In this document: one piece after another, positions 25,650-38,110 of the stretch | Numbering within the stretch: position 1 is the stretch's first letter | Layout of the letters: each line of letters opens with the position of its first letter | NCBI RefSeq assembly: GCF_001194135.2 | Contig: NC_068983.1 | Coordinates: 43,110,304 to 43,159,023 of the forward strand | From: Octopus bimaculoides | Lineage: Eukaryota | DNA: 48,720 nt | Direction of reading: 5' to 3' | Notes under the pieces: generated by a model | Told to the model about the DNA's origin: nothing | Databases searched by the model: none | Seen by the model: only the letters and a program-made list of their open reading frames with translations | Program-made: the position numbers and the translations under genes

Positions 25650-25685
<36 letters not shown>

Positions 25686-25764
25686 TTAATGCATGCTAAT
25701 TTTCCAATTTCTTCTAATTCGTTGGCATCGACTCTTCTATCATAGAGAATTGCAAAATCTATGA

Positions 25765-25951
25765 TCTCCTTCTTCTTCTTCTTCTTCCCCTTCTTCTTCT
25801 TCTTATTATTATTATTCTTCTTTTTCTTCTTCTTCTTCTTCCTCCTTTTTCATCAGCTTCTTCTCCTCCTCTTCCTCTTCCTTTTTCACCAGCTTCTTTT
25901 CCTCCTCCTCCTCCCCTTCTCCTTCATCTTTAACTTACTGCTGCTGTTGTG

Positions 25952-25999
<48 letters not shown>

Positions 26000-26012
26000 A
26001 TTGTTGCTGTTG
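25765..26012. repeat. (CTT)n/(CCT)n and (TTG)n microsatellites
   Basis: Direct reading. Confidence 0.9.
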
Positions 26013-26222
26013 TTTCCAAAGGTGAATTATTCAAACCCAAAAGAATTCCTCTCAACACATGGCTATGATGCTCCTCCACTACTTCTGCTCATGATCAGAG
26101 ATGCACATATCGTCAGCCACCAAGGGACAGGCTCAACTGGTTAAGGTCAAACAACTGACAAGCAAATCTGTAGTATTAAGCAGAATATTTGATGTAGCCC
26201 ATCTTTTATACCAAGACAAAAC
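26012..26222. mobile_element. Unclassified interspersed repeat E (fragment), overlapping in sequence with 28951-29274
   Basis: tgtttccaaaggtgaattattcaaacccaaaagaattcctctcaacacatggctatgatgctc is also at about 29207-29273. Confidence 0.7.
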
Positions 26223-26392
26223 ATTATTATTATTATCCATTAGTTTTATTTTTATAGCGTGCCTTCACTTCACTACCGAGCGCAGCTCTATGTACCTTGG
26301 GTATGTGCTGTGGTTTGTGTGATGCTCTTATGATTACAGTATTGAAAGTGTTTTGTGTAGGATGTGTGCAGTTCCCAGTAGTGTAATTTTCT
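26223..26392 (-). mobile_element. R4/Dong-type LINE extreme 3' end with an (AAT) tail
   Basis: KITLLGTAHILHKTLSIL* followed by the UTR shared with 1-90. Confidence 0.8.
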
Positions 26393-26512
26393 GGTCGACC
26401 TTGCCTTTCATCCTTTCGGGGTCGATAAATTTAGTACCAGTTGTGTACTGGGGTCGATCTAATCGACTGCCCCCTCCCCAAAAATTTCGGGCCTTGTGCC
26501 TAGAGTAGAAAA
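26393..26512 (+). mobile_element. 5'-truncated SINE A
   Basis: ggtcgaccttgcctttcatcc...agagtagaaaa. Confidence 0.85.
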
Positions 26513-26544
26513 TAATATTTATATTTCTTTTATATATATATATT

Positions 26545-26615
26545 AAGGCGGCGCTCTAGCATGGCCGCAGTCAAATGACTGAAACAAGTGGAAGAATAAA
26601 AGAATAGAAGAATAA
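26545..26615 (+). mobile_element. SINE B 3' tail
   Basis: ggcgctctagcatggccgcagtcaaatgactgaaacaagt. Confidence 0.75.
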
Positions 26616-27047
26616 ACGTATATCATTTATATATACGTGTGTGTACGTATGTGTGTGTGGATATAAATNNNNNNNNNNNNNNNNNNNNNNNNNNNNNNNN
26701 NNNNNTATATATATATATATATATATATGGATATAGTGTAAGGTTGAAATGACTTAAAACGATTTTGAGTAAAGGTTGACCTCGAGCAAAATAACAACAA
26801 CAACTTTGACGAAATTGTCGAAATACAAAGTTCATGTAAAGAAAATGTTGAAGGTCTTGAAATGGATTTGGTATCATTAAAGAATCGTGTTTATCATGGC
26901 ATCATTAAATATCAGCCTCTAAGGATGTTATCCGATCATTCTAAACAGAGAAATTGTTAAAGGTCGCTTTTACAGCAACTTCGTCAGAATAATTGTGTTT
27001 AAAGGAACATCAGCAAAATAAATCTCAATTATATAACAGAACGGCTG

Positions 27048-27075
27048 AAGATGATGATGATGATGGTGGTGGTGG

Positions 27076-27122
<47 letters not shown>

Positions 27123-27199
27123 TTGATGATGATGTTGATGATGATGATGATGATGGTGGTGGAGGTGATTTCCTTTTTTTGCCACTAGAATGACAACAG

Positions 27200-27263
<64 letters not shown>
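27048..27263. repeat. (GAT)n, (CAA)n and (AAT)n microsatellites
   Basis: Direct reading. Confidence 0.95.
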
Positions 27264-27477
27264 CCTTTCTACTATAGGCACAAGGCCTGAAATTTTAGAG
27301 GAGGGATTAAGTGGATTAGATCGACCCCAGTACTCAACTGGTACTTAATTTATCGAACACGAAAGGATGAAATACAAAGTCGACCTCAGCAGAATGTGAA
27401 CTCAGAACATAGCGACAGACGAAATACCGCTAAACATTTCGTCCGGCGTGCTAACGATTCTGCCAGCTCGCCGTCTT
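27264..27477 (-). mobile_element. SINE family A
   Basis: Reverse match. Confidence 0.9.
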
Positions 27478-28407
27478 AAACTGTCTTGTGTAAGAGAACT
27501 CGGGACGAGTGTCGTCGCGATCATCGCTTTCAAAATGTAAAGATCAGGAACAAATACCACAAGGCATTTTGTTCGACGCTCTAACATCTGGATTGTTACT
27601 TTTTATCGACCTCAAAAACATGAAAGGCAAGCTGATCTCAGTAGGTTTTGAACTCAGTTCTAAAGAGGACGAGACGCATACAGTTGTAATGACTGCCAAT
27701 GTCGCCTTTATAATAATTCATAATAATATTTAATAATTAGATAGGAATGTTCGTCGCAGAGAATCATCTTTACTGAAAACAACAGAAATCTAGTTATTCT
27801 TATATCCTTCTGTTGTATTGTTAGTCAAAGGAAGAAAAAAGTATCAGCGCGTCAATCTTAAAATATTCATAAATGCAAGATTTATTTGCTTAGATAAATA
27901 GAAAAGCTTAAGGATTATTTGGTATAATGATTAAATTATTTAAAGCTAGGAATAACCTACAGCGATATTAGTATGCTGAGTGTACGTCATGAGTGACTTC
28001 AATAAAAGTAACTGGTTTACTAGAAGTGTATTATAGTTCGCTGGAAGCATTATGGAAGATGAAAAAGTGCAACAGCAATAATATCATATTGATATTGCTT
28101 CAAAATTGTTTATCGGTTTCTTATATTTCGAATAAACCACTCCTTGTCAGATGTTGACTATTAGAATATGATGACAGGAATAATCTTAAGCGTCCATTTC
28201 ATTACATTTTTTTCATCCGTACTAAAATCCTTTCAATGATCATTCATTAACAGCTATTCGCCGATGACACGTCTTTTACTCGAAATATAAGGAACTTATA
28301 AATATCACTGTGATAACACTGCGATCACCTATTTGCCGTTCTTACTGTTACTTTGACTCCTTGAACCGGTGAGTACGGCTTAGTAGGCGCGATTTCGTTT
28401 CACTATA

Positions 28408-28534
28408 CCCCTGGAAGACGTAAAAGTGGAGAGCCACATGGTTTGAGGTTTATAGTTGAAAATGATATGTTTCTGTCAATTAGCAAGTTCTATACACAAA
28501 ACCATGTAGTCGTCCGCTTTTACGTCTTCAAGGG
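28408..28534. mobile_element. 127-bp MITE with about 36-bp TIRs and a TA TSD
   Basis: cccctggaagacgtaaaagtggagagccacatggttt versus the reverse complement of the right end, cccttgaagacgtaaaagcggacgactacatggttt; TA on both flanks. Confidence 0.75.
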
Positions 28535-28861
28535 TAGAGTCAAGCAAAATCGATAGGGGATGAAAAGGTCAATACTTATTGATATATTTGCATTGTAACA
28601 GCTTCCTAAAAGAAACTCATTTCACTATTTTAATACTGGTCAGCGAAACAACCATTCCATAATGACGACTCTTAGATAAATGAGAAATAGGAACATCATA
28701 AACTCTCATAAAACAACTGCATACAATGATTCAATACCCATGTAAAATGGCTTTCTAACTTATTTCACCTCTTTATAAATATTTTCAGGTGAGAAAAAGG
28801 GAGCTATTCTCAAAGCACGTGGTATTGCATCAGATCATTTGTTATTGTTATTGTTGTTATT

Positions 28862-28950
<89 letters not shown>
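28862..28950. repeat. (GA)n microsatellite
   Basis: Direct reading. Confidence 0.95.
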
Positions 28951-28951
<1 letters not shown>

Positions 28952-29274
28952 AGTGCATACTATCAAAGTGACACTGGGGTAAAATATACGAAGCCCATTA
29001 TACCCATCATGACTACCCGTCTGATAAGGGTACACCATGCACATGCATCACAACCATATGTGCGCGACATGGGGTTCTCATATCAAGATAAACAGCGCAT
29101 GACCTTGCAGGTGGGGTCCAGTTAGATTTTCTTCAGGTCGAGTAGCCCATCCTGCTCAAATGGTCCCTGAATAAGGTTTGTTTAAGGATGTTGAACAAAA
29201 CACCCATGTTTCCAAGGGTGAATTATCCAAACCCCAAAGAATTCCTCTCAACACATGGCTATGATGCTCTCCCA
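28951..29274. mobile_element. Unclassified interspersed repeat E, running into a gap
   Basis: Overlaps in sequence with 26012-26222; flanked by microsatellites. Confidence 0.7.
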
Positions 29275-29500
29275 NNNNNNNNNNNNNNNNNNNNNNNNNN
29301 NNNNNNNNNNNNNNNNNNNNNNNNNNNNNNNNNNNNNNNNNNNNNNNNNNNNNNNNNNNNNNNNNNNNNNNNNNNNNNNNNNNNNNNNNNNNNNNNNNNN
29401 NNNNNNNNNNNNNNNNNNNNNNNNNNNNNNNNNNNNNNNNNNNNNNNNNNNNNNNNNNNNNNNNNNNNNNNNNNNNNNNNNNNNNNNNNNNNNNNNNNNN

Positions 29501-29602
<102 letters not shown>

Positions 29603-29610
29603 TTTATAGA

Positions 29611-29823
29611 GGCGGTGAGCTAGCAGAAACGTTTGCACGCTGGACAAAATGCTTAGCAGTATTTCGCCCGTCTCTACGTTCTGAGTTCAAATTCCGCCGA
29701 GGTCGACTTTGCCCCTTATCTTTTCGAGGTCTATAAAATAAGTACCAGCTGCGTACTGGGGTCGATGTAACCGACCATCCCGCTCCCCTTAAATTCTATG
29801 CTTTGTGCCTAAAGTAGAAAGAA
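29611..29823 (+). mobile_element. SINE family A
   Basis: Full-length match. Confidence 0.9.
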
Positions 29824-29834
29824 TTATTATTAAG

Positions 29835-30030
29835 TGATGCAGTCAGTTGTTCGGGTGCCACTCTGGACGCTTTCATAATCAGTCGCTGCCACTGGTTTCC
29901 GTCATGCGTAGCAGATTCGCTGCAATGTGACCTGTCCAGTCCTTGATATTGTCAAACCTGGCTTTTCTTTATCTACCTCTCTTTCGCCCTTCCTCAACTG
30001 TGCTCTGAAGAATTATAATTGCCCAATGAA
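29835..30030 (-). mobile_element. RTE-clade LINE 3' end
   Basis: Minus strand IILQSTVEEGRKRGR*RKARFDNIKDWTG resembles the RTE ILQG.VEG.R.RGR...W.DNIK.WTG motif. Confidence 0.65.
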
Positions 30031-30489
30031 GACATTTAATTGGAGCATTTGATCCAACGTTTCAAGAGCAATCCCAAAATGTTAGAATTCACATCGAACT
30101 CATTGTTTCCCATGTTGGCCATCACCAGTTTCTGTGGATGTCATCGACTTTAGTTTAGTTTGTCTCTGTCCAAAACTTTTGGTATATTTGTTGTAAAGTT
30201 ATTACATGGCATGAGATATTTTTCTGCGATGTTTCTTAACGCTACTATTTAAAGATAAATGAATCGACACAAGAGATAAACTAATAACATTATAATGCGA
30301 TAAAGTAACGCTTTCTCTCTTGACATATGATAAGCCTGTAATCTTTGTATACAAATTACAAAATATCGAACAGAAAACGAGACTGCCTATGAAATTAGTT
30401 GTATGATGATTTAAGTAAAAGATTTGATAATTAATACATTACGAAATAGTTTCATTGCCTAAAATAAATATGCGGTTATCTTCGCTTAT

Positions 30490-30702
30490 TTTTTACTTGT
30501 TTCAGTTATAAGCCCGCGACCATGCTGGAGTACAGCCTTGAAGAATTTTAGTCGAATGACTGAACTCCAGTAATAAAGTCTTTTTCCAAACCTGGTACTT
30601 ATTCTATCGGCTTCTTTTGCCGAACCGCTAGTCTACAGAGACGTAAGCAAATTCAGTGGTAGAGGAGGACAAATACAGACACAATCACACACACACACAC
30701 AC

Positions 30703-30747
<45 letters not shown>

Positions 30748-31168
30748 TACATATATATATATAAAGGGTGTGTAAGAAATTTGAGGACAGATTTATGTTT
30801 ATAAAAAAAAAACAGATATATAATAACAGATAACTTTATTTATCAAAAAATGCTATGAAGATAAAATAAACCTTCTTTTCTATGTTATTCAATAAAGCCA
30901 CCTTCAGCTTCAATAGCTGCTTCTATATGACATCTAAATCATCTAAATTCTCGAATCAAGTGGTCCTAGTTCATTTGGGACATTACTCTCTCTTTCTCTC
31001 TCTCTCTCTATATATATACACAACGGGCTTCTTTCAGTTTCAGCCCACCAAATCCACTCACAAGGCTTTGGTCGGCCCGAGGCTATATTAAAAGACACTT
31101 ATCCAAGGTGCCAAGCAGTGGGACTGAACCCCCCAGAACTATGTTGTTCGGAAGGGGACTTCTTGCCG
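30490..31168 (-). mobile_element. SINE family B split by a Tc1/mariner fragment
   Basis: 3' half at 30490-30720, 5' half at about 31010-31168. Confidence 0.8.
30764..30985 (-). mobile_element. Tc1/mariner 3' end (TIR plus transposase C-terminus)
   Basis: Reverse complement of about 48480-48695; TIR (c/a)agggtg(c/t)gtaaga(t/a)atttgaggacag; abuts (TA)n. Confidence 0.85.
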
Positions 31169-32061
31169 TGAAAAGGGAATTAAAGTGCCAGTCTTATAAT
31201 GTCTCTCCAAACAAAGCTATTCCCAGATCTCTGAATCCAAACAAACATGTTGGTTCTTGTTGATAGAATTCACCAAATTATTTGCTGATGCTCGCTGTTT
31301 GCCAAATTGATATTAATTTATTGAGAGCACGTAATAGTGCGAAACAGTTGTATGAAGAACTCTTGTCTGTTTCTACTATTACAAGGAAAAGACGGCGGGG
31401 TATATGTTTGTGTGTGGTTCTGGTAAGTACAGTGACAACTGTGGACATATTTCACTTTCATTAAACCTCTTCGGTAAAACCTAGTCATGCTCGAACACGT
31501 GAGTTCCTAGTTGGCTGAGAGAATCAAGAGTGAGCTATCGTTTCAGGAATACTCATAACAAACCTTGTTCAAATAATAAAATCTTCGTTGTTATAACTTT
31601 CCCGTCTTTTTCCATATGCAGGAAAAATACAATTTATGCTGAAGATAAATACTTTATCTCTCTCTGTTTCTCAAGATAAATTATGGCTTGTTCTCACTGA
31701 ATATAAATGACTTCTTAAATTATTATTTTCTTCACTAAACCGAAGGCAAAACAAAATCTATATCAAGGGGACAACAATCAATAAATTGATTTGTACAGCT
31801 CGTTTATCTTTGAAACTTAAGCAGATATGAACTAGAAAAATACGCCACTGGTCACATGGGAATCATCTGCATCAAGAAATTACGAGATAAATTTTGTATT
31901 CTGACGATCGCTGTTATATGCAACTTCACTTATAAATTTGCATAAAGGCTTTCACCAATTGCCCAGCTCCATATTATCTCTCTAAATCACGTTCAACAGT
32001 TTAATGTTTTGATTTGTGACAAGCACTATGGGGTTGGTAAAAAAGTCTTCCCACTCTGGAC

Positions 32062-32126
<65 letters not shown>

Positions 32127-32127
32127 T

Positions 32128-32282
32128 AATTCGTTTTATTGGCCACAAGGGCTAATATCAATTAAAAACATGTAAGGACAAAGACAGGACGAAGGTTACA
32201 AAAGGTTTTGTCCGAAAAGGTAGAAACGTTCGTCTAAACAGAGGAAGAAAACGGAGAAAGGTATAACAAATAAATTTTTTTT
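32128..32282 (-). mobile_element. Short 3'-terminal LINE-like fragment between (AAT)n arrays
   Basis: Minus strand ends tagcccttgtggccaataaaacgaattaattattatt and resembles the tail of the first SINE A monomer at about 24160-24222. Confidence 0.5.
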
Positions 32283-32347
<65 letters not shown>

Positions 32348-33277
32348 CTCAAAGTACTTAGAGACTGCAAGAGGAGGAAAACTAATTTAGCTATGTCATG
32401 GATCGATTATCGTAAAGCATCCGATATGATCCCACATTCTTGGATTATGGACTGTATGAACCTATTTGGCATTGTATCGAATGTTAAGCGATTGCTTGGA
32501 AAACGTATGGCGAAGTGGAGGACGGAGTTGACAGCATATGGAAGAAGTTTAGGGACAATAGAAATCAGGAGAGGCATCTTCCAAGGGGACTGCATGTCCC
32601 CACTGATCTTTGTACTGTGCATAATACCGCTGATTCTAAGGAAAGCAAAGGCTGTGTATGTATTCAAAAGCCGCCAACAAAAAGTCAACGGCTTGTTATT
32701 CATGGATGACCTCAAACTCTATGGTAAAGATGAATCCCAAGTCAATTGATACGGTGTATACTTTCAGTGCTGATATCAGAATGGAATTCGGACTGAAAAA
32801 GTGTGGTGCGTTAGTCTTGAAGAGAGGCAAAATCAAATGTATGGTCGGGCTATCAATACCGTCGGGGGAGGTTATGAAGCAGATAGAAGAGACGGGCTAT
32901 AAGTACTTGAGGATTTTGGAAATGGATAAATTGATGGCGAAAGAAATGACAGAAAAATTTAAGGTGGAGTACTTGCGCAGACTGAGACTGATCCTTAAGT
33001 CGAAAGTAAACGGAAGGAATAAGATTGAAGCAATCAACACCTAGGCGGTTTCACTCCTTAGAGCAGGGGTAATCGCATGGACAGTAGACGAACTAAACGG
33101 CTTATACAGAAAAACAAAGAAGTTTCTGACTAAATACGGGATACCTCACTCCAAACGTGATACAGACAGATTGTATGTACCAAGAAAAGAGGGGGAAGAG
33201 GACTGATTGGGTGTGAGCACAGCATTAGTGCAGAAGAAAACAACATAGCATGGTATGTAAAAAGTGCCACAGAACCT
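32348..33277 (+). mobile_element. R4/Dong-clade LINE reverse transcriptase fragment, decayed
   Basis: WIDYRKASDMIPHSWI, RRGIFQGDCMSP, LLFMDDLKLYG, GMEFG-like IRMEFGLKKC, YKYLRILE, DRLYVPRKEGGRG. Confidence 0.92.
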
Positions 33278-34590
33278 GGAGAAAGGCTGGAGGAACGCAT
33301 GCTCTATTATACAAAGTAGTTCTAAATGAAGTAAAATCTAGAAAGAAAAATTTAACAATAGCATGGATAGATTATAAGAAAGCCTATGACATGAACCCAC
33401 ACTCATGGATAAGTGAATGTTTTAGTATATTCAGTATTGCAGATAACAAGAGAATTGGTTAGCTTTCCCACGAAGAAATGGAAAGTAGATCTCTGCTCAA
33501 GTGACACAGTCTTAGGGAAAGTTAATATCAAGAGAGGAATTTTCCAAGGAGACTCGTTGTCCCCTTTAATATTTGTCTTATGTTTGATCCCCCTCAGTTT
33601 AGTATTAAGGAAGGCAAAGACAGGGTATCAGTTCAGAAATAGTTATGGAAAAATTAACCATTTGCTCTACATGGATGATTTGAAGCTTTTTAGTAATAAT
33701 GAAAAAAAGATAGATTCCTTAATAATGACTGTAAGAACCTTCAGCAAAGATATAGGCATGGAATTTGGCATAGATAAGTGTGCAATATTAGTCATGAAAA
33801 GAGAACAGGTAGTCAACAGGGAAGACATCCAATTACCAGATGGCCAGATATTAAAATCATTGAAAGAAAGAGAGAGTTATAAGTACCAAGGAGTATTAGA
33901 ATCTGACAGAGTATTGTCTATAGAAATGAAAGCGAAAATTGAGAAGGAGTACATTTGAAGGTTAAGGAAGCTAATGAAGTCAAAGCTAAATGGGCCGAAT
34001 CTAACGAAAGCTGTAAATACTTGAACATTATCGTTACTTAGATACTCAGCAGCTTTTGTAGATTGGACAAAAACTGAATTAGCAAATCTAGACAGGCAGG
34101 AGTTCTATATGAATGGAAGACCCCACCCAAGCTCAGGAGTAGCAAGATTACACTTACTTAGAAAGGAAGATGGAAGGGAGTTAATTTCAGCAGAAGACTG
34201 CGTGGAGTTAGCTAGAGTAGATATAGACTCTTCCGTAGGTAATAGTGAAGAAAGTTTAGTAAGAGCTGCTTGAGTCACAGCAGGACATAGGGAGACCAAA
34301 CAAAAACAAACGAATTTAAAAACCAGAAAAAAGAACGAAGATTATCTGACTAGCAAGAGAAGGCTTTGCATGGTAGATTCACAGAGATAGTTGCAGCAAA
34401 TAGTAGTAGTGAGACATGGTTATGGTTGCAGAAAGGAAGGCCGAAAAGGAAGGCAGAAAGTTTAATTGGATAAAAGCCAAGATAGACAAAAACCAAGTAG
34501 AATCCCAATGTAGGTTATGTAAGTCAAAAGAAGCAAGTGTTACTCATATAGTAAATGAATGTAGCATGTTGGCACAGAAGGACCCACTAA
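33278..34590 (+). mobile_element. Second, distinct R4/Dong-clade RT fragment running to the CCHC knuckle
   Basis: AWIDYKKAYDMNPHSWI, KRGIFQGDSLSPLIF, HLLYMDDLKLFS, DIGMEFGIDKC, CRLCKSKEASVTHIVNECSMLAQK. Confidence 0.92.
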
Positions 34591-34639
34591 TGGTTTTATA
34601 AAAAGCGATGGTGATCAGAATGAGAGAATAAATCTCCAA

Positions 34640-35975
34640 AAGAGGAGACACTTTCTAGGTCTCCTCGTAGAAACCCCACAAAATCACAGTCTCCCTGACC
34701 ACTACAGTATGTTCCCTCTCCTCATCCTCTTATCTCAGTCTACAGGCGCATATGCAATGCAGGCCAGTTCACTTGAGTCATTCTTTCCACTATAATCCAC
34801 CTTTCAATAAAATTGCTATGAGGTAGCACTTCCCTCTCTACTCTCACTTCCCTTTTGAAGTGAAACACAAGAACGTTGTCGTGGGCCTTGTCAAAGAGGA
34901 AGGTGTTTGTCTTCAGCCCTTTCAATCTCGTCCCCCTGCAAAACCTCTTTCGCTAACGCCACCAGACAGATAAACACTGCCCGTCATTCCAGGCCAAATA
35001 AAGGCATCGGGTCTTCCTAATAGGCTCAGCTAATAGCCGGACCCGTCCGACACGCGACAGCATGTATTCGACATAATTCCACAGGTCAGCAATGCTCGGA
35101 CACCGGACGATAGCATGTAGAACAGTTTCATCGCTCTATACGCATCTCGAGCATGCCCGGCTGACGGCACTTCCATGCCTTTCGAGTTAATTATGAACTG
35201 ACAATGCTCTCGGATAGCATTGCCAGACCAGAGATTTCTGGAAACTATCCATAGATTCTGGCCCAGAAGTCCTCTGGGACGAACTACCCAGTTGATTCTT
35301 GTTGACTCCCAGAGTCTCCCTGAGAACCTCGCCGCTCTTGCTCACCACGAAACATCTACTAAATTCCAAAGGGGTACATCCACCGACAGCATTTCCTGAC
35401 TAAGTGAAGGCTGTAAGTGCCTGGTGACACTCTAGGTGCCATGATCCCTGCTTCGGGCTACATTTAGGTTTGGACTGCAACTCAATCAAAGAGGTGAGGT
35501 ACGGAAATACGAGTCTGAAAAAAAAGTCATCACACCTTCTCACAGTCAAGGAAGCACTTGAAGTGTTGCATCAACAGTGCATGTCTGCGCACCGTCGTTT
35601 ACTTGGCGGGCGTTTGCAACAAATAGAGCGCCTAACCAGTGGAACGCGTCCTTTTCACAGAAAACCGAAACGCAGGTGCTTCAGTCAGGTCAGATGTGAA
35701 CTGGGGCAAGGCGCCGCAGTCAGACAGTAATATATGATGAAGGTGATATAAGCTTTTACTATCTCTACCTGACCTTTCAGGGATAGCTTTCTGTCAGCCC
35801 ATTTCTAGGTGAGAAAAACCTTTCTACTCGTTACCTCGTTCCTGTTGAACACTAGACATACCACCCTGTAAGCCTTATTATTACGTCCAATAGAGGAAAT
35901 ACTGTCCCACATATACCGTCAGGGCTACTTCGAATTGTTCTGCACAGATACGTGACCTTCCCCCATTTCTGCTTT
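34640..35975 (-). mobile_element. L1/Tx1-clade LINE ORF2 3' portion, decayed
   Basis: Minus strand: WADRKLSLKGQVEIVKAYI, KGRVPLVRRSICC, FQKSLVWQCY (zf-RVT-like), ACSRCV*SDETVLHAIVRCPSIADLW, KGLKTNTFL..IERWI. Confidence 0.85.
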
Positions 35976-36555
35976 TGAATGCAAGTTATGCACTTATTCA
36001 TGACATAACTCCTTCAAGCAGCCTTTACCTTCCATTTTTTTCTCTCATCCAGGTGAATCATGTCCAGATCCTGTCAGCGTTGACGCTATTAACGAAAGAA
36101 AAATTAACATCCATTTTCTCTCTCTCTATTTCAGTTGGCGTAAAATATGTGCGTGTGTGTCTCGTTGTGTGTATATGTGCGAATGCATTGTGGTAATTTT
36201 TTACTGTTTTCCAGAAATTTTTCCGAATAATTATTATAATCTGTCAAAATTTCATTATTTTTTCGTATTGAGTTCATACTTTGTGGTGTCTAATTAAATT
36301 TGTTATATTTTTCTTGAAGTTTGTTTTATACTGCTGTGTATTCTTCTTTTTATCTAGGTGTGTGATGTTTTTTTTTTCTTTTCAGATTGGAAACTATTTT
36401 AAGTCGAACGCAAACAAAATACGTAAAATTATGTTCAAAAATGTACAGAACCAACAACTTTTAGATGCTTCTACTCCTTGATATAGACAGACATTCAAAG
36501 TGTATAAGAAGGATTTCTCGAAGAAAATATTTAAAACAGAAAGGAACTTCTCTCA

Positions 36556-37000
36556 ATCGCAGACCCCTGGACTTATTTTTTGTAAGCCTAATACTTATTC
36601 TATCCGTCTTTTCTGCTGAACCGTTAAGTTACGGGGACGTAAACACACCAACATCACTTGTCAAGCGATGGTTGGCGGGGAACATACAAAGGTTTTGCCT
36701 TAATAACTGATGAGATACCGGAGTGGACTTCATCTCCGGTATCCGAAACTCTGAGTTTTATTATGACAATCAACTAATTGTCACATATTATATTTATAGA
36801 TAAATTCCTCTATTTTACATAATATCGAGGTCTCATTCATTCTTTTGTTGTCATATTACTATTATTAATATATATATGGCGAATATTATGAAGCTGTGAT
36901 AAAAGTAGAAAACACTTACCCAATGTACCATGCAATGAGATCGAAACCAGAATCACATGCATCCGAAGCGATATTCTTAACCAAACAGCTATGACGGCAT
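36556..37000 (-). mobile_element. Diverged SINE B split by the hammerhead-bearing insert
   Basis: 3' half at 36556-36688; 5' half at about 36895-37000. Confidence 0.65.
36701..36763 (+). ncRNA. Type I hammerhead ribozyme (candidate, near-intact)
   Basis: Stem I taataa/ttatta; CUGAUGA 36707-36713; 10-bp stem II gataccggag/ctccggtatc plus one extra C; GAAA 36745-36748; stem III ACU-cug-AGU; triplet GUU. Confidence 0.75.
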
Positions 37001-37333
37001 TTAATGTTTACAGATTGTCTGAACTTTCGTTGAATAATTCCTTAAAGGTTATCTTTATTGGAACACAAAGATGGAGAGCGATAATAACTGATAATAGTGA
37101 CAGTGATAATTAAATATAATTCCGAAATATGAGTGAGAAAAGACAAAGAACGAGGATGAACGAGAGCAAATAACTTAACTCTTACCCAGTAAGGGAAATA
37201 GACACCCTTTTTATTTCAAGTGCCCCTTTAATAATTATCTATCCTTATTTAGTGGCCATCTTTATTCAATGACTATCCTTAAATAGATAGAATAATGGGT
37301 GAAAGCGCTAAGCAGTGATGTGTATAAATACAA

Positions 37334-37680
37334 ACTTTTTTTTTTTATCGAGGCATCATCCAGTCAGGCTGATTACCCGGGCCAGCCTGACTACATCTCT
37401 CCACCTCTCCCAATCTTCCATTAGTGTTTTTTAGGTCTTCAACTTGACATCCAACATCTTCTGCAAGCTGTTGTATATACGTCTTCCGTGTTCTTCCGGC
37501 CGCTGTGGTACCATTTGGTGTCCACAGCAACACATTACCCACAAGTTCTCCTTTACTTCTCCAGCAATGACCAGCAAACCTTAATCTCAGCTCTTGGAAG
37601 GTTGATGAGAAAGTTAGTACATTCCCATATAACCGTTGTTTTGTTGGGTGCACACCTTTAGTTAGGATTTCCCGGATTAC
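37334..37680 (-). mobile_element. RTE-type LINE 3' end with a poly(A) tail
   Basis: HPTKQRLYG..RLRFAGHCWRSKGEL..LLWTP..GRTRKTYIQQLAED (ORF 37345-37653); T-run at 37334-37346. Confidence 0.85.
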
Positions 37681-38110
37681 TGTCAGATATTATTTTTTGA
37701 TTAAAAAGTAAATTATATATTTTTTGATGATTATATATATCTTCTCTTTGCTATCAAAACTGGAATGCTGCAGGATTGAATGACGAACTTGTTACTAGTT
37801 CAAATAATGCTTAAGGCATATTTTAAAGCTTAAGAAGGTCATTCACTGAATTTTGTGATGGAGAAAATTTCTCGTTGAAGACAAATAGGTGCAAATACAC
37901 CCTACACCATACACCTTCCCGTCTTCGGCGAGAAATTTTCTCCATGACAAAATACAGTGACTGGATTTCTTACGAGTTTTACTATGCCTCAAGCGTAGTA
38001 GCAAGTTTGTATTTCAATAGATATAATATCTTATATAATATTTTTCTTTATCTTGTGTCTGTTATTATTTAATGTGCATCCTTATGTGATATCCATCATT
38101 ATTTAGTGAC

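Noticed and set aside
26955-26990. Minus-strand CUGACGA followed by a 5-bp hairpin
   Set aside because: No GAAA follows the hairpin.
36120-36480. Strong polypyrimidine acceptor-like sites
   Set aside because: All frames hit stops quickly and nothing supports a gene model.
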